A stretch of 64,000 nt of DNA from Seison nebaliae (taxonomy: Eukaryota): contig JALJEE010001458.1 of assembly GCA_023231475.1 (NCBI GenBank), positions 1 through 64,000 of the forward strand, given 5' to 3'. Position numbers and translations under genes: made by a program. The notes under the pieces are model-generated. The model was not told the origin of the DNA. It ran no database searches and saw nothing but the letters and a program-made list of their open reading frames with translations. Below, piece after piece: positions 47,780-60,485 of the stretch (the stretch's first letter is position 1; each line of letters begins with the position of its first letter).

Positions 47780-49021
47780 TTAAACATTAGTAATGTTTCT
47801 AAAATTCGATAATAAATGTTTTTCAAATTCGGAATTAGATGATACTACAATAAACGATATAGATAACCCACAGAGATAAACAAATGGTTTTTGAAGAAAT
47901 TCGTATAATGGCTTTTCAATAGTTGATTTTTCTAATTTGTACAAACAATTCTCATCTTCTAGTTCTGGTGGTAGTTCGTAATAAACATTAATAGAGTCAA
48001 TATTATACAAATGATCAGTCGAACGACTATTCCAAAGCTGTTGGTCAATAAAAATTTCATTAAGTTGTTCTTTGATCGGTATAGTTTCAATGGCTTCCAA
48101 TATCGTTTCAATAAGATTAAATTGAGGAAATACAACATAAATTGGGTAACTCAAAAGCATTTCTTGATGAACTTTAATCGTCACATCTTTATTTATTCTG
48201 TTTTCATAAGTTTTAACAAAAATTCCATATTTTTCTCTTTCACTCAAATTCAGTTTATTCTCACAATGAATTTCAGCTTGTTTAATATTTCGGGCCACCA
48301 ACGATTTGTAAAGAATTGATAAATTATTAATATTTTTCATTAGATCTTTTTTCAATTTTTGTTCTTTTTCTATTAATTTCAACTCCTCCTTCTTACATTG
48401 CTCCATAATATCCAACCGTTTTTTTGATTGGAAATCATTCAAGTTAAATCGATTCAATTCATATAACCATTGGGAACATAAGACAAACTTCTTCATTTTC
48501 AAAAGACATTCCGCCCCTTTTAATAATGGTTTCGGATTTTCCTTATTCAGTTTTCGACTTCTGATACAATCTTTGAGAGAACTCCCATAATTTTCACTTA
48601 AGAAATTTGTCGCAGCTCTATTAGAATAGAGTGATGATCCAATGTCTGATGCCAATTCATTTTTATTCTTTTCAAATAAATCGATACCTTCACTGTAAGA
48701 AATATATGCTTTTTTCCGAAATTTATGTTTAAAATAAAAATTTCCTTCCTCACGGTATTTGGTTATTTGATCTTCTAGATCATTGTCTTCTTCATCCCAT
48801 TTCAATTGACGTAAAGCTTCCAGTGATGGTGGAATTTCATCATCTTCTTCTGGCATCTTTGTCATAAATATCGGATATTTCTCCATCTCATCTTCCCAAT
48901 TCTCCTCAGTCCATTTATTCTTATCATTATCACCCGTATTCTTTACACTTTCGATAAATTCATCTAATTCTGCATCCAATCTTTCACCAAGCGATCTACC
49001 ACATTTCTCCTTTATCATCAT
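47780..49021 (-). CDS. TTC4: TTC4/Cns1 TPR co-chaperone (single exon)
   Basis: WTEENWEDEMEKYPIFMTKMP...LEALRQLK; TPRs YREEGNFYFKHK..AYISYSEG and LYSNRAA..NYGSSLKDC; C-terminal wheel-like region (L.YP..V.P). Confidence 0.9.
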   Translation of the reverse strand: MMIKEKCGRSLGERLDAELDEFIESVKNTGDNDKNKWTEENWEDEMEKYPIFMTKMPEEDDEIPPSLEALRQLKWDEEDNDLEDQITKYREEGNFYFKHKFRKKAYISYSEGIDLFEKNKNELASDIGSSLYSNRAATNFLSENYGSSLKDCIRSRKLNKENPKPLLKGAECLLKMKKFVLCSQWLYELNRFNLNDFQSKKRLDIMEQCKKEELKLIEKEQKLKKDLMKNINNLSILYKSLVARNIKQAEIHCENKLNLSEREKYGIFVKTYENRINKDVTIKVHQEMLLSYPIYVVFPQFNLIETILEAIETIPIKEQLNEIFIDQQLWNSRSTDHLYNIDSINVYYELPPELEDENCLYKLEKSTIEKPLYEFLQKPFVYLCGLSISFIVVSSNSEFEKHLLSNFRNITNV

Positions 49022-49366
49022 TCAATTATCTCTCATTAATTTAGACGCTTTAATGAAACTATTTAGAAAAAAATTCGTTTATTAAATAAATTCATAAGAT
49101 AAAACAAAATAACTTTCAAGGAATGTGCTCTTTTTATTTGTTGCTTCAATTTTGAACAATTTACATTTATTTAATTTATTGTAATTAATCGATTTCACTA
49201 CAATTACATCCTTCATAAAAACATGTCACTTCAAAATCATCATACCCATTTAAAAACAATTTTATTTAATGATTAAATTAATTTCAAGTTTTATCTTTTT
49301 CAATAACACATCGATCTTCATAATCGAGTGACAGTTATGATAAAACAAATTTTACTAAATCACTTA

Positions 49367-51630
49367 TTAGATGGAGACTAATTGTAAAACATCTTGAAAT
49401 CCCAGATCCATCCCTTGCGAATAAGATGACAATTTTTCCACAATAAATTTCGTATCAATATTAATTTGCAAACGGATTTTATCGTCATCGTTCATCTTCT
49501 CACTTGACGAATTGATATCTTCATCTCTGTTTAATTGACGTCGACTTTCTTTTAATCTTTTCAAATTCTCCTCCATTTGTTTTAACATTTCTAACATGTC
49601 TACTAATCTGTTCTTGTATCTGAAGACGATAGTGAAATTGGAAATTAATGAAGAAAAATAACATTGATTTACATTCAGTCACAAGCTCTTTCCTCAATAT
49701 GTCCTTCTCATCTTTTTCCATAAATTGATCAATATCATCAAAAACAGAAGAAAGATATTCGGATTTATTTGTTGGTTTCTATTGACAATAAATTTAATTC
49801 AGAAAGATGTTTAAATAAAAAAATAACTGGTCGATTCATTCGACGATATTGTCGTGGAATGTCATTAATTCCTTTTTTTATGATTTTGGAAAAATTGTTT
49901 GTCAGAAGTAAAATTGCTTCATTTTTCAATCGATTTTCAATGACTGAATCATAAAACAATTTCATTTCTTCATTAATTCCTTCTTTGATGCAAGAAAATT
50001 TCGTTGATGAATCATTTGGATGGAAATACAACTTGACATGTTCGGCTATCTCATTCTCCAATAAAGACGATAACTGATTATTGAAAGAGACGATTTTATT
50101 AAAAGAAAGGAAAAGATAAACTGTATCAGAAAAAGAAGAGTAACCAGAGTAAATATGTTGGAATTTTAGGTAGATATCTTCATCCAATTTTAAGTTTAAA
50201 AAAAACGTTTTCAAACGAACAATAATTTGGAAAGTTAAACGAATAAATTGGTGAAATAATGGTTTAATAACGATGCGTGGATTCTGATGAAATATATCGA
50301 TAACATTATTTTTTTTAATTCCATCCTCATCATCATCATCAACATCGCTGTTTTTTTCTATTTTATTTAACGTCCATATCTCTTTCAAAACCTTCTTTGA
50401 TACTTCAAGAATGTTTTGGATAAAACAATTGTTATCATTATTATAATTCATCATTTCTTTTTCAATTTGTTTAATGAGATTAAAGAAACTCAGTTCATAA
50501 TATGTCGCCAATTTATCATAAAATAATGGGAAGAAATTTACTTGACTTTCCGGTACTATTTTGTGAATTTGCTCTTGGAATATTTCCGTTTGGAGATATC
50601 GTAAAGCAAATAGTGATGTGTCAGATGCGGCAGATGAGATCCATTTTTCATGAGAATTCTTTAAGAAATTAAAAAATATTTCTAATGTTTTTTCACTGAA
50701 GAATTCTGGTGAATTATCAAAAGATAATTGATGTTCATCAAATGCTTTCTTCAAAACTAGGTATCTTCGATCAGTGTTCAGTAAGAGGAAATTTGCATAA
50801 AATTCTTTCAAATCTTCCTCATGTTTATCAGTCGATTTGTTAGCAACATCTTCTATCATTTTATTCATAAAACACTTCTTCACTATCTTCTCATAAACGT
50901 CATCAATCGAATAAAGGAAAAATGATGTAGTAATGAGACGATGAACATCAGATAAATTAGAATTGGAACGGAAATGTTTCTCTAAGAATTTTACCAGAAT
51001 TTCACTCAATTGATTCTTCAATAATCGATGTCGTTTATCTAATCCATCAACATCATCCTTATACTTGGAGGAAGAAGTATGTTCTCTTATAAAAAATAAT
51101 TGATCTTCAGAAATTTTTAGTTGTTGAAACATCAATTCTAATTGGGAAGTTGTTAGTTGAGTGAGATCATCTATCTCAAATTTCTTTGTTAAATCTTCTA
51201 TAATTTCGTTCGAATTCATCAAACAACCAATAAGTTCTATCTCAATATTTATTTTCGTAAATCTTTTCTCCTTCGCATCAATTTCACTCATTAAATTCTG
51301 CCAAATCTCATAAATGTTCGACAATTCTTCTTTTTCTTTTGACAAAGGCAACAGATATGAATCAATCGATAGTTCTAACTGTTTAAGGTTCGTTGACAAA
51401 GTGACAAAATCCTCGTAATCTCTATCGACGATATTCACCATTTCCTTCCGAATCACATCCACAAATTCTCCCAAATTATTTTGAAGATAAAATAAGTATT
51501 TCACATTATTCTGCTCCACAAATTCCTTCAATAATATTTTACTATTGAAATTCTTACTTGTGAAATCGATATCTTGGATCCATTTGAATTGTGAGTTGTA
51601 ATTCACTACTTTATTCTTCGAAAACTCCAT
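49367..51630 (-). CDS. COG2: Conserved oligomeric Golgi complex subunit 2, 3 exons
   Basis: MVNIVDRDYEDFVTLSTNL; IPRQYRRMNRP; VRNVKQMEENLKRLK-like helix; MNDDDKIRLQINID. Confidence 0.9.
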
Positions 51631-52695
51631 ACGTCGATTACCTGGAAATATTAATATAGATATATTAATTTAGAAAACTAAACCAAAAATTCAAATTAAT
51701 CTTGCAAGTTCTATGAGATTTGTAAGCATTCATCGTGTTATTCGATGAAATGAATTATGAATCAAAAACGAAATTGATCTAAATTTTCTTTTAAGAATCT
51801 TCTCCGTTATCTCGTCGGTCTTTTCTTTCTAATATTTATAGTTTAAATCTCGTCAGTTCTTATTATTTCAATTATTTTATCGTCAAAAACCGCTTCAGGT
51901 GTTCCGTCTGCTAAATTTAGAGGTACTAAATTCTTCCTAAAATAATGCCGAGTAATCCAATTATTTTTAATTTCCTAAATTCTTCAATCCGGGTATGACA
52001 TCTCCATGTAAGAAATTTTTCTACAAGCCAAAATATCTTTCAAGGGAACTTCGATCATTAGAATTCAGATGTGTGCGCTGCAAGATGTATGGCATGTAAT
52101 AAACCCCAACATTCGATTAATGAGAGAATTATGAATAAAAAATAAATTAAGATGAATTCCGAACTAATTGGACCTAATTTTTGGACCGAAACTTCTCTAA
52201 ATGGATAGTTAAAAGCAATTTTCATGAATAAAAGTTTTGGAACATTCATTCAAGAAAAATAGTTGAATAAAGAATTTCAACAAATGACGTCAAAAACGAT
52301 ATTTTATTTGAATATTTGATTTTTCTATTTTATTTATCAAATATCCTTGTTATCTTTATTGTTAAGTGTGATTATTAAATAAATATCATTAATTTTATAA
52401 TTGAATTACTTAATAATTTATAATCCAATTTATGCCATATCTTATAGGTCAACTTTTTCTATTTCCCAAAATACGGTGGACGATAACAAACACAACATAA
52501 ATGTACATTCGATTTTTAACATTTCCATATTTTATTGAAATTCCATTTCCCACAACCAATAAAGAACGGAAATTAAAATCAATAAAAATAAAATTGGATG
52601 ATCGTATTTAAACGACCGTTTAATTCACAAAATTATTACTGTTCGATATTAATTCTCAAACAAATTTACTCAAAAATTATTGTTACCGATTATTT

Positions 52696-53673
52696 ATGGA
52701 TCAAATTGGTAGAATGCTTGAAGCATCTTGGATCTTCATGAAAATTATAATATCGCTGTTTATGGTAACTGGAAATGAAATAAAATTTATTATTTCCCAT
52801 CTGCCAGAGAGTAACATTTTAACGGTATCTCGTAACTTCTATCTGGAAATTTCCAATCACAAATATGGAATCATCTCATTCGACGAAAATATGCAACCTG
52901 CAGTATCTACAAATTGTAAAAATTATATTGGGGAAAAGAACTCTGTGTTCGATTTGAGTCTTTGCCATCCAATAACTCTTGCTATAATAGTGGGAGGTAA
53001 CAGAAAAAGATTGACCCATCATTTTTACAATTTAACGCTTAGAACGAATTCCACTCCACCAACCGTTCAAACGTTAACGAGGAATAGCAGTCATTATTTT
53101 CACAATGATCTCTCTTCGGACAAATACCATAAAGTTCGTATAAACAATTTATTATTTGAATATAATTATATTATAAACCTTTACTGCTAATGGTAGATTA
53201 GATTAACGGTGTATAAAGGTACTGAAAAAAAAATAAGGTTCATTTTTCGAGGGGAAGGAGTCGTTGAAAAACTTGGGTGGTTTTCAAAGGGAAATTTTAT
53301 AGAATCTTTTTATTACGAAGCAAAGAAAAAATATAAAGAAGATCTAACGCATAATTTTGAAGATAAAAAGTTTCAAATTTTGATAAATAATATGCTCAGA
53401 ATTATTCGAATAGGTTTGCACTCGGCTATAGTATGTGGTTTAACACACTTGGACCTTCGGATAAGTTTAAGATCTATGATAAATGTGGATATTGTGAAGA
53501 ATATGACCAAGGAATATGTTGCAACGATGATCTACCAACAATCGCTTATAGCTGGAAAGGAACTGTGTATTGTTAATTTATTTGGGCAAATTTCCTAATA
53601 TGTTTTTTTTATTAAAACAGATCCCAATTTGGAAATGGGGACAAGTGTGATGATCGAAGGTGTTGGATATTAA
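52696..53673 (+). CDS. Uncharacterised, possibly secreted protein (3 exons; last exon frame uncertain)
   Basis: ORFs 52696..53190 and 53209..53598 join through a GTTCGT..TAG intron. Hydrophobic N-terminus. The segment IRLTVYKG..RFIFRGEG....WFSKGNFIES resembles an uncharacterised invertebrate extracellular domain (from recollection). Confidence 0.5.
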
Positions 53674-53853
53674 TTAACTTTAATCTAGAGAAATATATTA
53701 TTTAAATAACAATAGTATTTTTATTAATTAAAAATTTTATTAAATTTATTAATAATTATCAATTTTTGAACGTATAAAAAAAGTAAACTACATAAATTTA
53801 TATAGAAATTGTTAAGTATACATTTAATTTATGTAATTAGGTATTTCTTTATT

Positions 53854-56800
53854 TTATAGGATTATATCTGAAAAATCTTGTTTGATGCAATTAATAGCGA
53901 ATAGTCGTTGAATACATAAATACATTTGATAATTCGTACGAAGTAATTTCATTTTCATTTGTTTATCGAAAGTATTCTGTGTGAAACCAAATAACTTTTC
54001 CTATAAACACATGAAGGAATTAATTATTTCAAATAATCACTAAATGAACTAACATACATCTTGATTTTGTCTAATCTTCCTTTCTTTCGATAATCATGAA
54101 TAATATGTTCAATAAGATCCATATCGAAATAAATATCTACCCAATCTTCGGCTAAATCGTTAGTTCGTACTGAATCGTCCAACAAAAGATCAAGTGAAAA
54201 ATTCAAGTGGAAAGAACTATCCTCAAGGAATTGTGAAATAGCTACTGCCTAGGGAGAGGATAATTAACCAAAATAAGAAACTCTTTAAAATGAACTTGAT
54301 GATGTAGTTGTCGTTGTAAAGCAATTTCATATAAATTATATAGTATTATCCGATTATCCATCATTACATAAAACTTATTCATTTTCAGTAGACAAATTGA
54401 GAGTAAGTAAGAGAAGGTTGGTGAGCGAAGTAGGAAGTCAGATTCCCTTCTAAAAGATGGCGAAGATTTTCTACTATTCTGCCCAGCATAAATCGATTTC
54501 GATACTTCGATTGCCATCCGCATTTTATGGACAGAGGGCGAATTGAAGAAATCCTTTAAAATTTCTTCAATTCCTAACAAGATTTTCTTGATTGAAAGAT
54601 ATTTCCGACTGACCACTTTTATTAATGTTTCACTAATACTGGAATAACGGAAGAATTGTTCTTCTCTTCCAGTAGCGAGACAATAAAGATTTCCCAAAAT
54701 TTTCAAAAGATCAATTTTTGCCGAAGACCAATCACAAATTATTGGGAAGACGACTTGTAAGAAATCTTCCATTGTATCAAGATCATTTTCTTTCTTCAGG
54801 AAATCTCTTTGCAATTGTTCATGCAAATTAGTGAGTGAATTATTCTTTAACTTTTTCGGAATATTCGCTACAGATTTTTGACAGAACAAAGATATCAAAA
54901 AAAATAAGAGTGATCTTGCTAAGGCAATTGAGCTTCGTTTAATTTCATCAAGCTTCTCTACTGTCTCCTCAATTGTTGCTGGACCAATAATTGTCTCGTC
55001 TGTTGTTGACAGATCTTCCGTTGTTAATTCCATCAGTATTTTTGACGATTTATCTATGTCTGCTTTTACATCATCCGATTCGTCAATCATTTCTTCGGTT
55101 ATTATTTCTTTAGTCATGGTTACTTCTCTTGCAACATCATCCATTCCAATCGATTCTGTTGTTGTCATCATAATTTTTTCTTTTTCTTCTTCATTCTCTT
55201 TTACTTTAATTGTTTCTTCTATTTTCTTTCCTTCGTCTACCTCATCCATGTGAAGCATTCGATGTGGAATTGGTCGAGATGTGATGATAAATAGACAAAG
55301 TAATTTACAGATAATTCGACGAAAGGATGGTATGTGAAATTGTTGATTTAAAATTTTCTTTGTGTTAAAATAATCATCTTCTTTTAATGTTTTCATGTCT
55401 TTCTGGTAAATAAATGAGTGGATGAGTAAACAATATTTTTTGGATCGTATAAATCTTTTTAAAATTTCATGGAACATTCTTTCTTCGATGGAATAAATGA
55501 GGCAATTTACTCGACATTTATCCTTCATGTGATCGACCATTGACAAAGAAAATGGGAATTCATCAAAGAAGAATTGACGGTTTAAACGAATTTCTGATAA
55601 TTTCTTATCTAACAATTTTGGAAAAAGATGTTTCGCACATTCTTTCCTTTTCCTTTTCGGTTTGGTAAATTTCTCATAAATATCGAAGAAAACTTTCTTT
55701 TTCAAAGGTAGATCGTTCTCATCAAGCAAATCTTGCTTTTCTTCTTTATTCGGATGAGTAATCTTTTGGGAATCTGATGGAACTTCATCACTTGGGAAGA
55801 CAGTTTCTAACATGTTTATCTGAGAATTAGTTGTCACCATAACTTCGGATGAAGGAGGTGGAACATTTAGTCTTTCATCTCGATCCAAATGATATTGGTC
55901 GATATCTCTGTAATCAATATCCTGAGTCAATGTTGGATTGATAGGAATGAATTGATTAATTATTCTTTTAACCTTCTTGTCTGATTGTAACATTTTCTTC
56001 ATATGATGAATTTGCTTTCCATTTGCTAAATAGGAAGATTTCCTTTTTTTTCGTTTAAACGACTTCTTTTCACGATCCTCTACGAACTGAATCATATTCA
56101 TTTTTTCTAATTTTCTTTTCGTACTTCGTTGCCGTCTTAATCTTTTCAATTTTATTCGTTCAACTGGGAATTTTCGACGATAACATTTGGAAGTTCTTTC
56201 ACAAAAAAATCGATTAACAATATTTTCATCTAAAGAGATTTCTTTCATGTCCACACTCTTCATATTAGCCACATTTCGTTGAATTGATACGAAATAATAG
56301 AGGGCTTGTGTCATTGATTTCCAATCACGAATATTTAGAATAGAATAAAGTTGAATGATCTTGTGCAAAACTAATGCCAATGGAAATATGTTATCAATTC
56401 TGTTCGTTAATTTCTCATTAGAAATCGTTACCATAATTGCTCGTTTATAAACTTTTTGTAGACGTTGGAGGAAAAGATAAAGAGATTTGAAATAATGAAA
56501 AAACTGATGGTCATTCCTTCGAACGAAACTGGTGAGCAGAGATGAATAAAGAAATTGAATGAATAAATTAGACGAATAAATATTTCCGAGAATACCATTT
56601 TTAGGAATTATCGATTTGTTCGATTGATAAGCAACTTCCAATTCGAAAGAAAATAAATCAACTCCTTTCATCCAACTACAATTGGGAGGTAAATTTTGGA
56701 AATTCAGATGATTAATTGCGAATAATTTCGTCTGGAGATGAATGTCAAGAACAAAAGCGCATATGGAATATTTTAGTGGAAATTTTCCGTTATCAAAAAT

Positions 56801-58279
56801 TATCAAAGAATTATTGAAAAGTTTCTCAATGATTTGGGATGGAATGATTGAATCGATCATTATCATCTCAATCGATTTCTTATAAATTTCACTAATTACC
56901 ATATCTGAGTGAGAACCGTGTAACTTCAGTTTGGAAGGCTTATAATGATAATCAAAAGTAAATTTGACTCCTGAAAGAATTAGAAGATATTGATAATTAA
57001 ATAAATTCTTCCAATTATCTTTGAAATGAGAAATTCGAATTTGAGAATGTAATTCTCTCCACATAATATGTATGATACGAATTACTGTCAATTGTTCATC
57101 TTTCTTTTTCATCAATTCGAAAATTTCTTTGAAATATTTCAATTTTTGCATATCCAAAAAACTGCCATCCACTATCGCCTCTTTTAACATTTTCAAGAAA
57201 AATTCGATTGGATTGGATTCTCTAAATTTCATTTTCCGTTTCTTCCGTTTCTCATCAAGAAATAATTCCCTCATTATTCTCTTCCATTTCTTCAATTTGA
57301 TTAATTGTCTCACTTCCATCATTCTCACTTGAATATTTCGATTCTCATCTGACATATTTTCTTTATATTCACAATTTAATAATTTAACATAATAATCGAT
57401 ATCCTCGCAATATTTCATCAAATAAGTCTTCGTATGAAAGAATTGTTTCTCTTCTCCCTTCTTATTAATTTCAATAAAGATTTGTTTTAATTTCATTTGA
57501 CATTGAACGAAACGAGATGATGCTTCTTCGAATTGATCTCGACTTAAATGATATAATCCAATATCATAATAAACGAGAGCAGCAAATGAATCGATCGAAT
57601 ATGCTTTCAACTCTTTCTCAACCATCAGATACTTTTCGTTAAACTGCGAAGAGAATGAATTAAAATTTGGACAGAAGATTTTCGATTCTTCTAATGTCAC
57701 TTCCTTCAATAAATTCAATGTCTCTAATTCACATTTGATCACCTGATCCTTCACATTAGCGTTGGCTTGAGCTAAATTATTAGTGGGATCGATAAGTCCA
57801 TTGATGAGTAAGGGAATCTTCAAACGATCAAGATGGACAGGCCAATAATATTTTGTGCACAATCTCAATTTCCACTGATTAAAAATGAGTCGACTAAATT
57901 GATCGATTGATTTATCTTCTCTTTTCATTCTCTCATCATCTGTCCCACAACTGTCGTTCACTTTAAAAAGAATGAGAAGAAGATCATTGATCATAGCAAC
58001 AGGTACATTCTCTTCAAACGACAATAAACTCCAATTGTAATATGAGGAAATTTTCAATATGAGAACTTTGATATTTTCGATACGTTCATCTCTCTCATTT
58101 ATCGAATTGATATTTTCATTTCTTGTTCGTTCCCTAAATTTCGTCTCGGAAATGTTGAGAGTGTAAATGAAGGAGAGTAATAAACTCCAACATTCAGTGT
58201 CAGATGTTGTCTTCAAATGCTTCAATAATTCTTCAGGAAACAAAAGAAAATGCATCAAATCTTTCTTTGGTTTTACCAT
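53854..58279 (-). CDS. INTS8: Integrator complex subunit 8 (divergent, expanded), 3 exons
   Basis: FLLFPEELLKHL; KVLILKISSYYNWSLLSFEENVPVAMINDLL; VYYDIGLYHL..DQFEEA..RF; C-terminal HQ|AVAISQFLE and YFDMDLIEHI...KKGRLDK resemble INTS8. Confidence 0.75.
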
Positions 58280-58437
58280 TTTCTATTTATCAAATCTCTT
58301 ATCGGAACATTGATCCTTTAAATAATCTCATTTTTCATTCAATCGAATAGCATTTTAGAAAAGAATTGAGAAAGAAATAAATTTATTTTGAATTGGACTC
58401 ATATGCGAGTCATTGGCTCAATGAACAATTCGAAACG

Positions 58438-59551
58438 ATGAATTCCATCATTATAAGCAGTAGAAATCAATTGAAATTTCTCATCACATCAGTTCGTTAT
58501 CAATCAAATGATCAATCACCTTTTTATGAAAAAGTTTCTTTAGTTTATACATTTCACCAATTCTAATTTTTTATAGAATGTGATTCTATTTGAAAGTCGG
58601 ACAAAGATGAAAGATCTTCTTCAATCACCAAACCGATATACAAAAAATGGGAAATTCTATGGTGATCATAGAAGGAAAATTAATTTCAATTCATTAATAA
58701 AAACTGAACAACGAGAACAAAAGAAATTCGATATTGATATAAATGATATTAAATATCAGATAATTACTTGTCCAACAGAAAGTACCGGCGGTTGTCATCC
58801 AATTACTGGTCGTCGACAATATCATCGTGTTCAGAAAGGTCTTCCTCGAGAATATTATTGGATCGATTATAAACGAGGTGGTCCTACTTCTGGTCCACCT
58901 CTCATGGAACGAGTTCTCAAAATTATTCGACCACTTATCATCTCTTCCTCCATCGCTCTCGTCGCTCATGGAGATCATCAACGATATATTCTCGCCACTG
59001 AAAATCTCAAAGTGAATGATGTTATATGTAGTAGTGGAATACTTCCGAGAGATACAATACGTGCAAATGAATGTGATTCTTGGCCAATTGCAGCTCTTCC
59101 CATTGGGACAATTATTAATAATATTGAAGCAACTCCTGGAGATGGAGGTGTCTATTGTCGATCTGCAGGAACAGCAGCAACATATACTAGACGAATTGGC
59201 GATCGTTGTATTGTGAAATTACCATCTAAATTGGAAATAAGTGTGAATGAAAAGTGTATTGTGACAGTTGGACGATTATCGAATACGGAACATAACGAAC
59301 ACAAATTTTCCGGATGGGGAGAGAAAGCAAGGTTGATGGGTCGAAGACCACGATCAGGTCTCGAACAGAAGAAAACAGGAAGATTTGGCAGAATGAATCA
59401 TCCTCCCAAACCCATAAAAGTTATATAAATCTCGTTTAATTTAAATTTATTCATTTCCTCACAGATGATTAATGGAATTCCAACAGTTGAAGAACAGAAG
59501 AAGTCGAAGCCTATGAATTTTTTTCCTCATGTCAAACCATTTAAATTCTAA
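58438..59551 (+). CDS. MRPL2: Mitochondrial ribosomal protein uL2m, 3 exons
   Basis: TGGCHPITGR; YYWIDYKR; IALVA...RYILATENLKVND; LPIGTIINNIEATPGDGGVYCRSAGT; IVKLPSK; TVGRLSN; GRRPRSG. N-terminus looks like a presequence. Confidence 0.93.
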
Positions 59552-60485
59552 ATAAAGTCTTAAAACTAATAAAATAAGTTTCGAAGAAACATGTTCGTTA
59601 CATATAAAATTTTATTTCATAGATAAAATCACAAATTCAATAATGTAATAAAATAACAATATCTTCTCTAATTGCACGATTTCGTCCCAACTAAAAAATA
59701 AAGATATAATCAATATTAGAAGCTGAAATGAAAAAATTTAATGTTATTCATTTTATGGAACATCAGAGATCTTGGTAGTAAAATTGTAATCATGAACAAA
59801 ATTCATATAGCAAATATTAAATATCATCACAAAATGGAACAAAAGATTTGAATAAGTAATTCGTATAAAAGATTCAACCAACCAATGTATGTAATCGAAA
59901 GATTGAATCCGTCAATCAGTGAACTAGATGGGGAGAAAAAGAAAATTTTCATTAGACTTCATACTTACAATTTTAATTCTTAATTAGATATATTATGGAG
60001 ATTGATTTCCTCAGTAACAAAATAAATTCGCATCATACAATTTATTATAACAAATTATCATTCCTATCATTGCAAAGCATCATAGGAAACAAATCTCCAC
60101 AACGAAAGAATGAATATTAGAAAAGATATAAACCTATTAAAATGAACCAACTTATAACTTTTGATAAAATAAAAATCTTGTAGACTCTACATTACTAAAT
60201 AGTTAAATGGTATGAAATTGTATGTATAAATTCAAGAACGTTAACCATGTGATTGTAAATGGAATATGGACGACAAATAACGACAAACCATAAGTATGGC
60301 TAACGACGACAAAATAAGTGTAGTAACCGTGACTTGTTCACTTCAAATGCTAAGCTGGACATATATCTTATTCAATTATTCTATCTTCCAATTCAACATA
60401 ATCCCCATGGAGATTATGTCAATATCTGGCAATTGCACAATTGATGCATTCTTTGTAAAACAACCTCATTGTTTGTTTGTTATTT

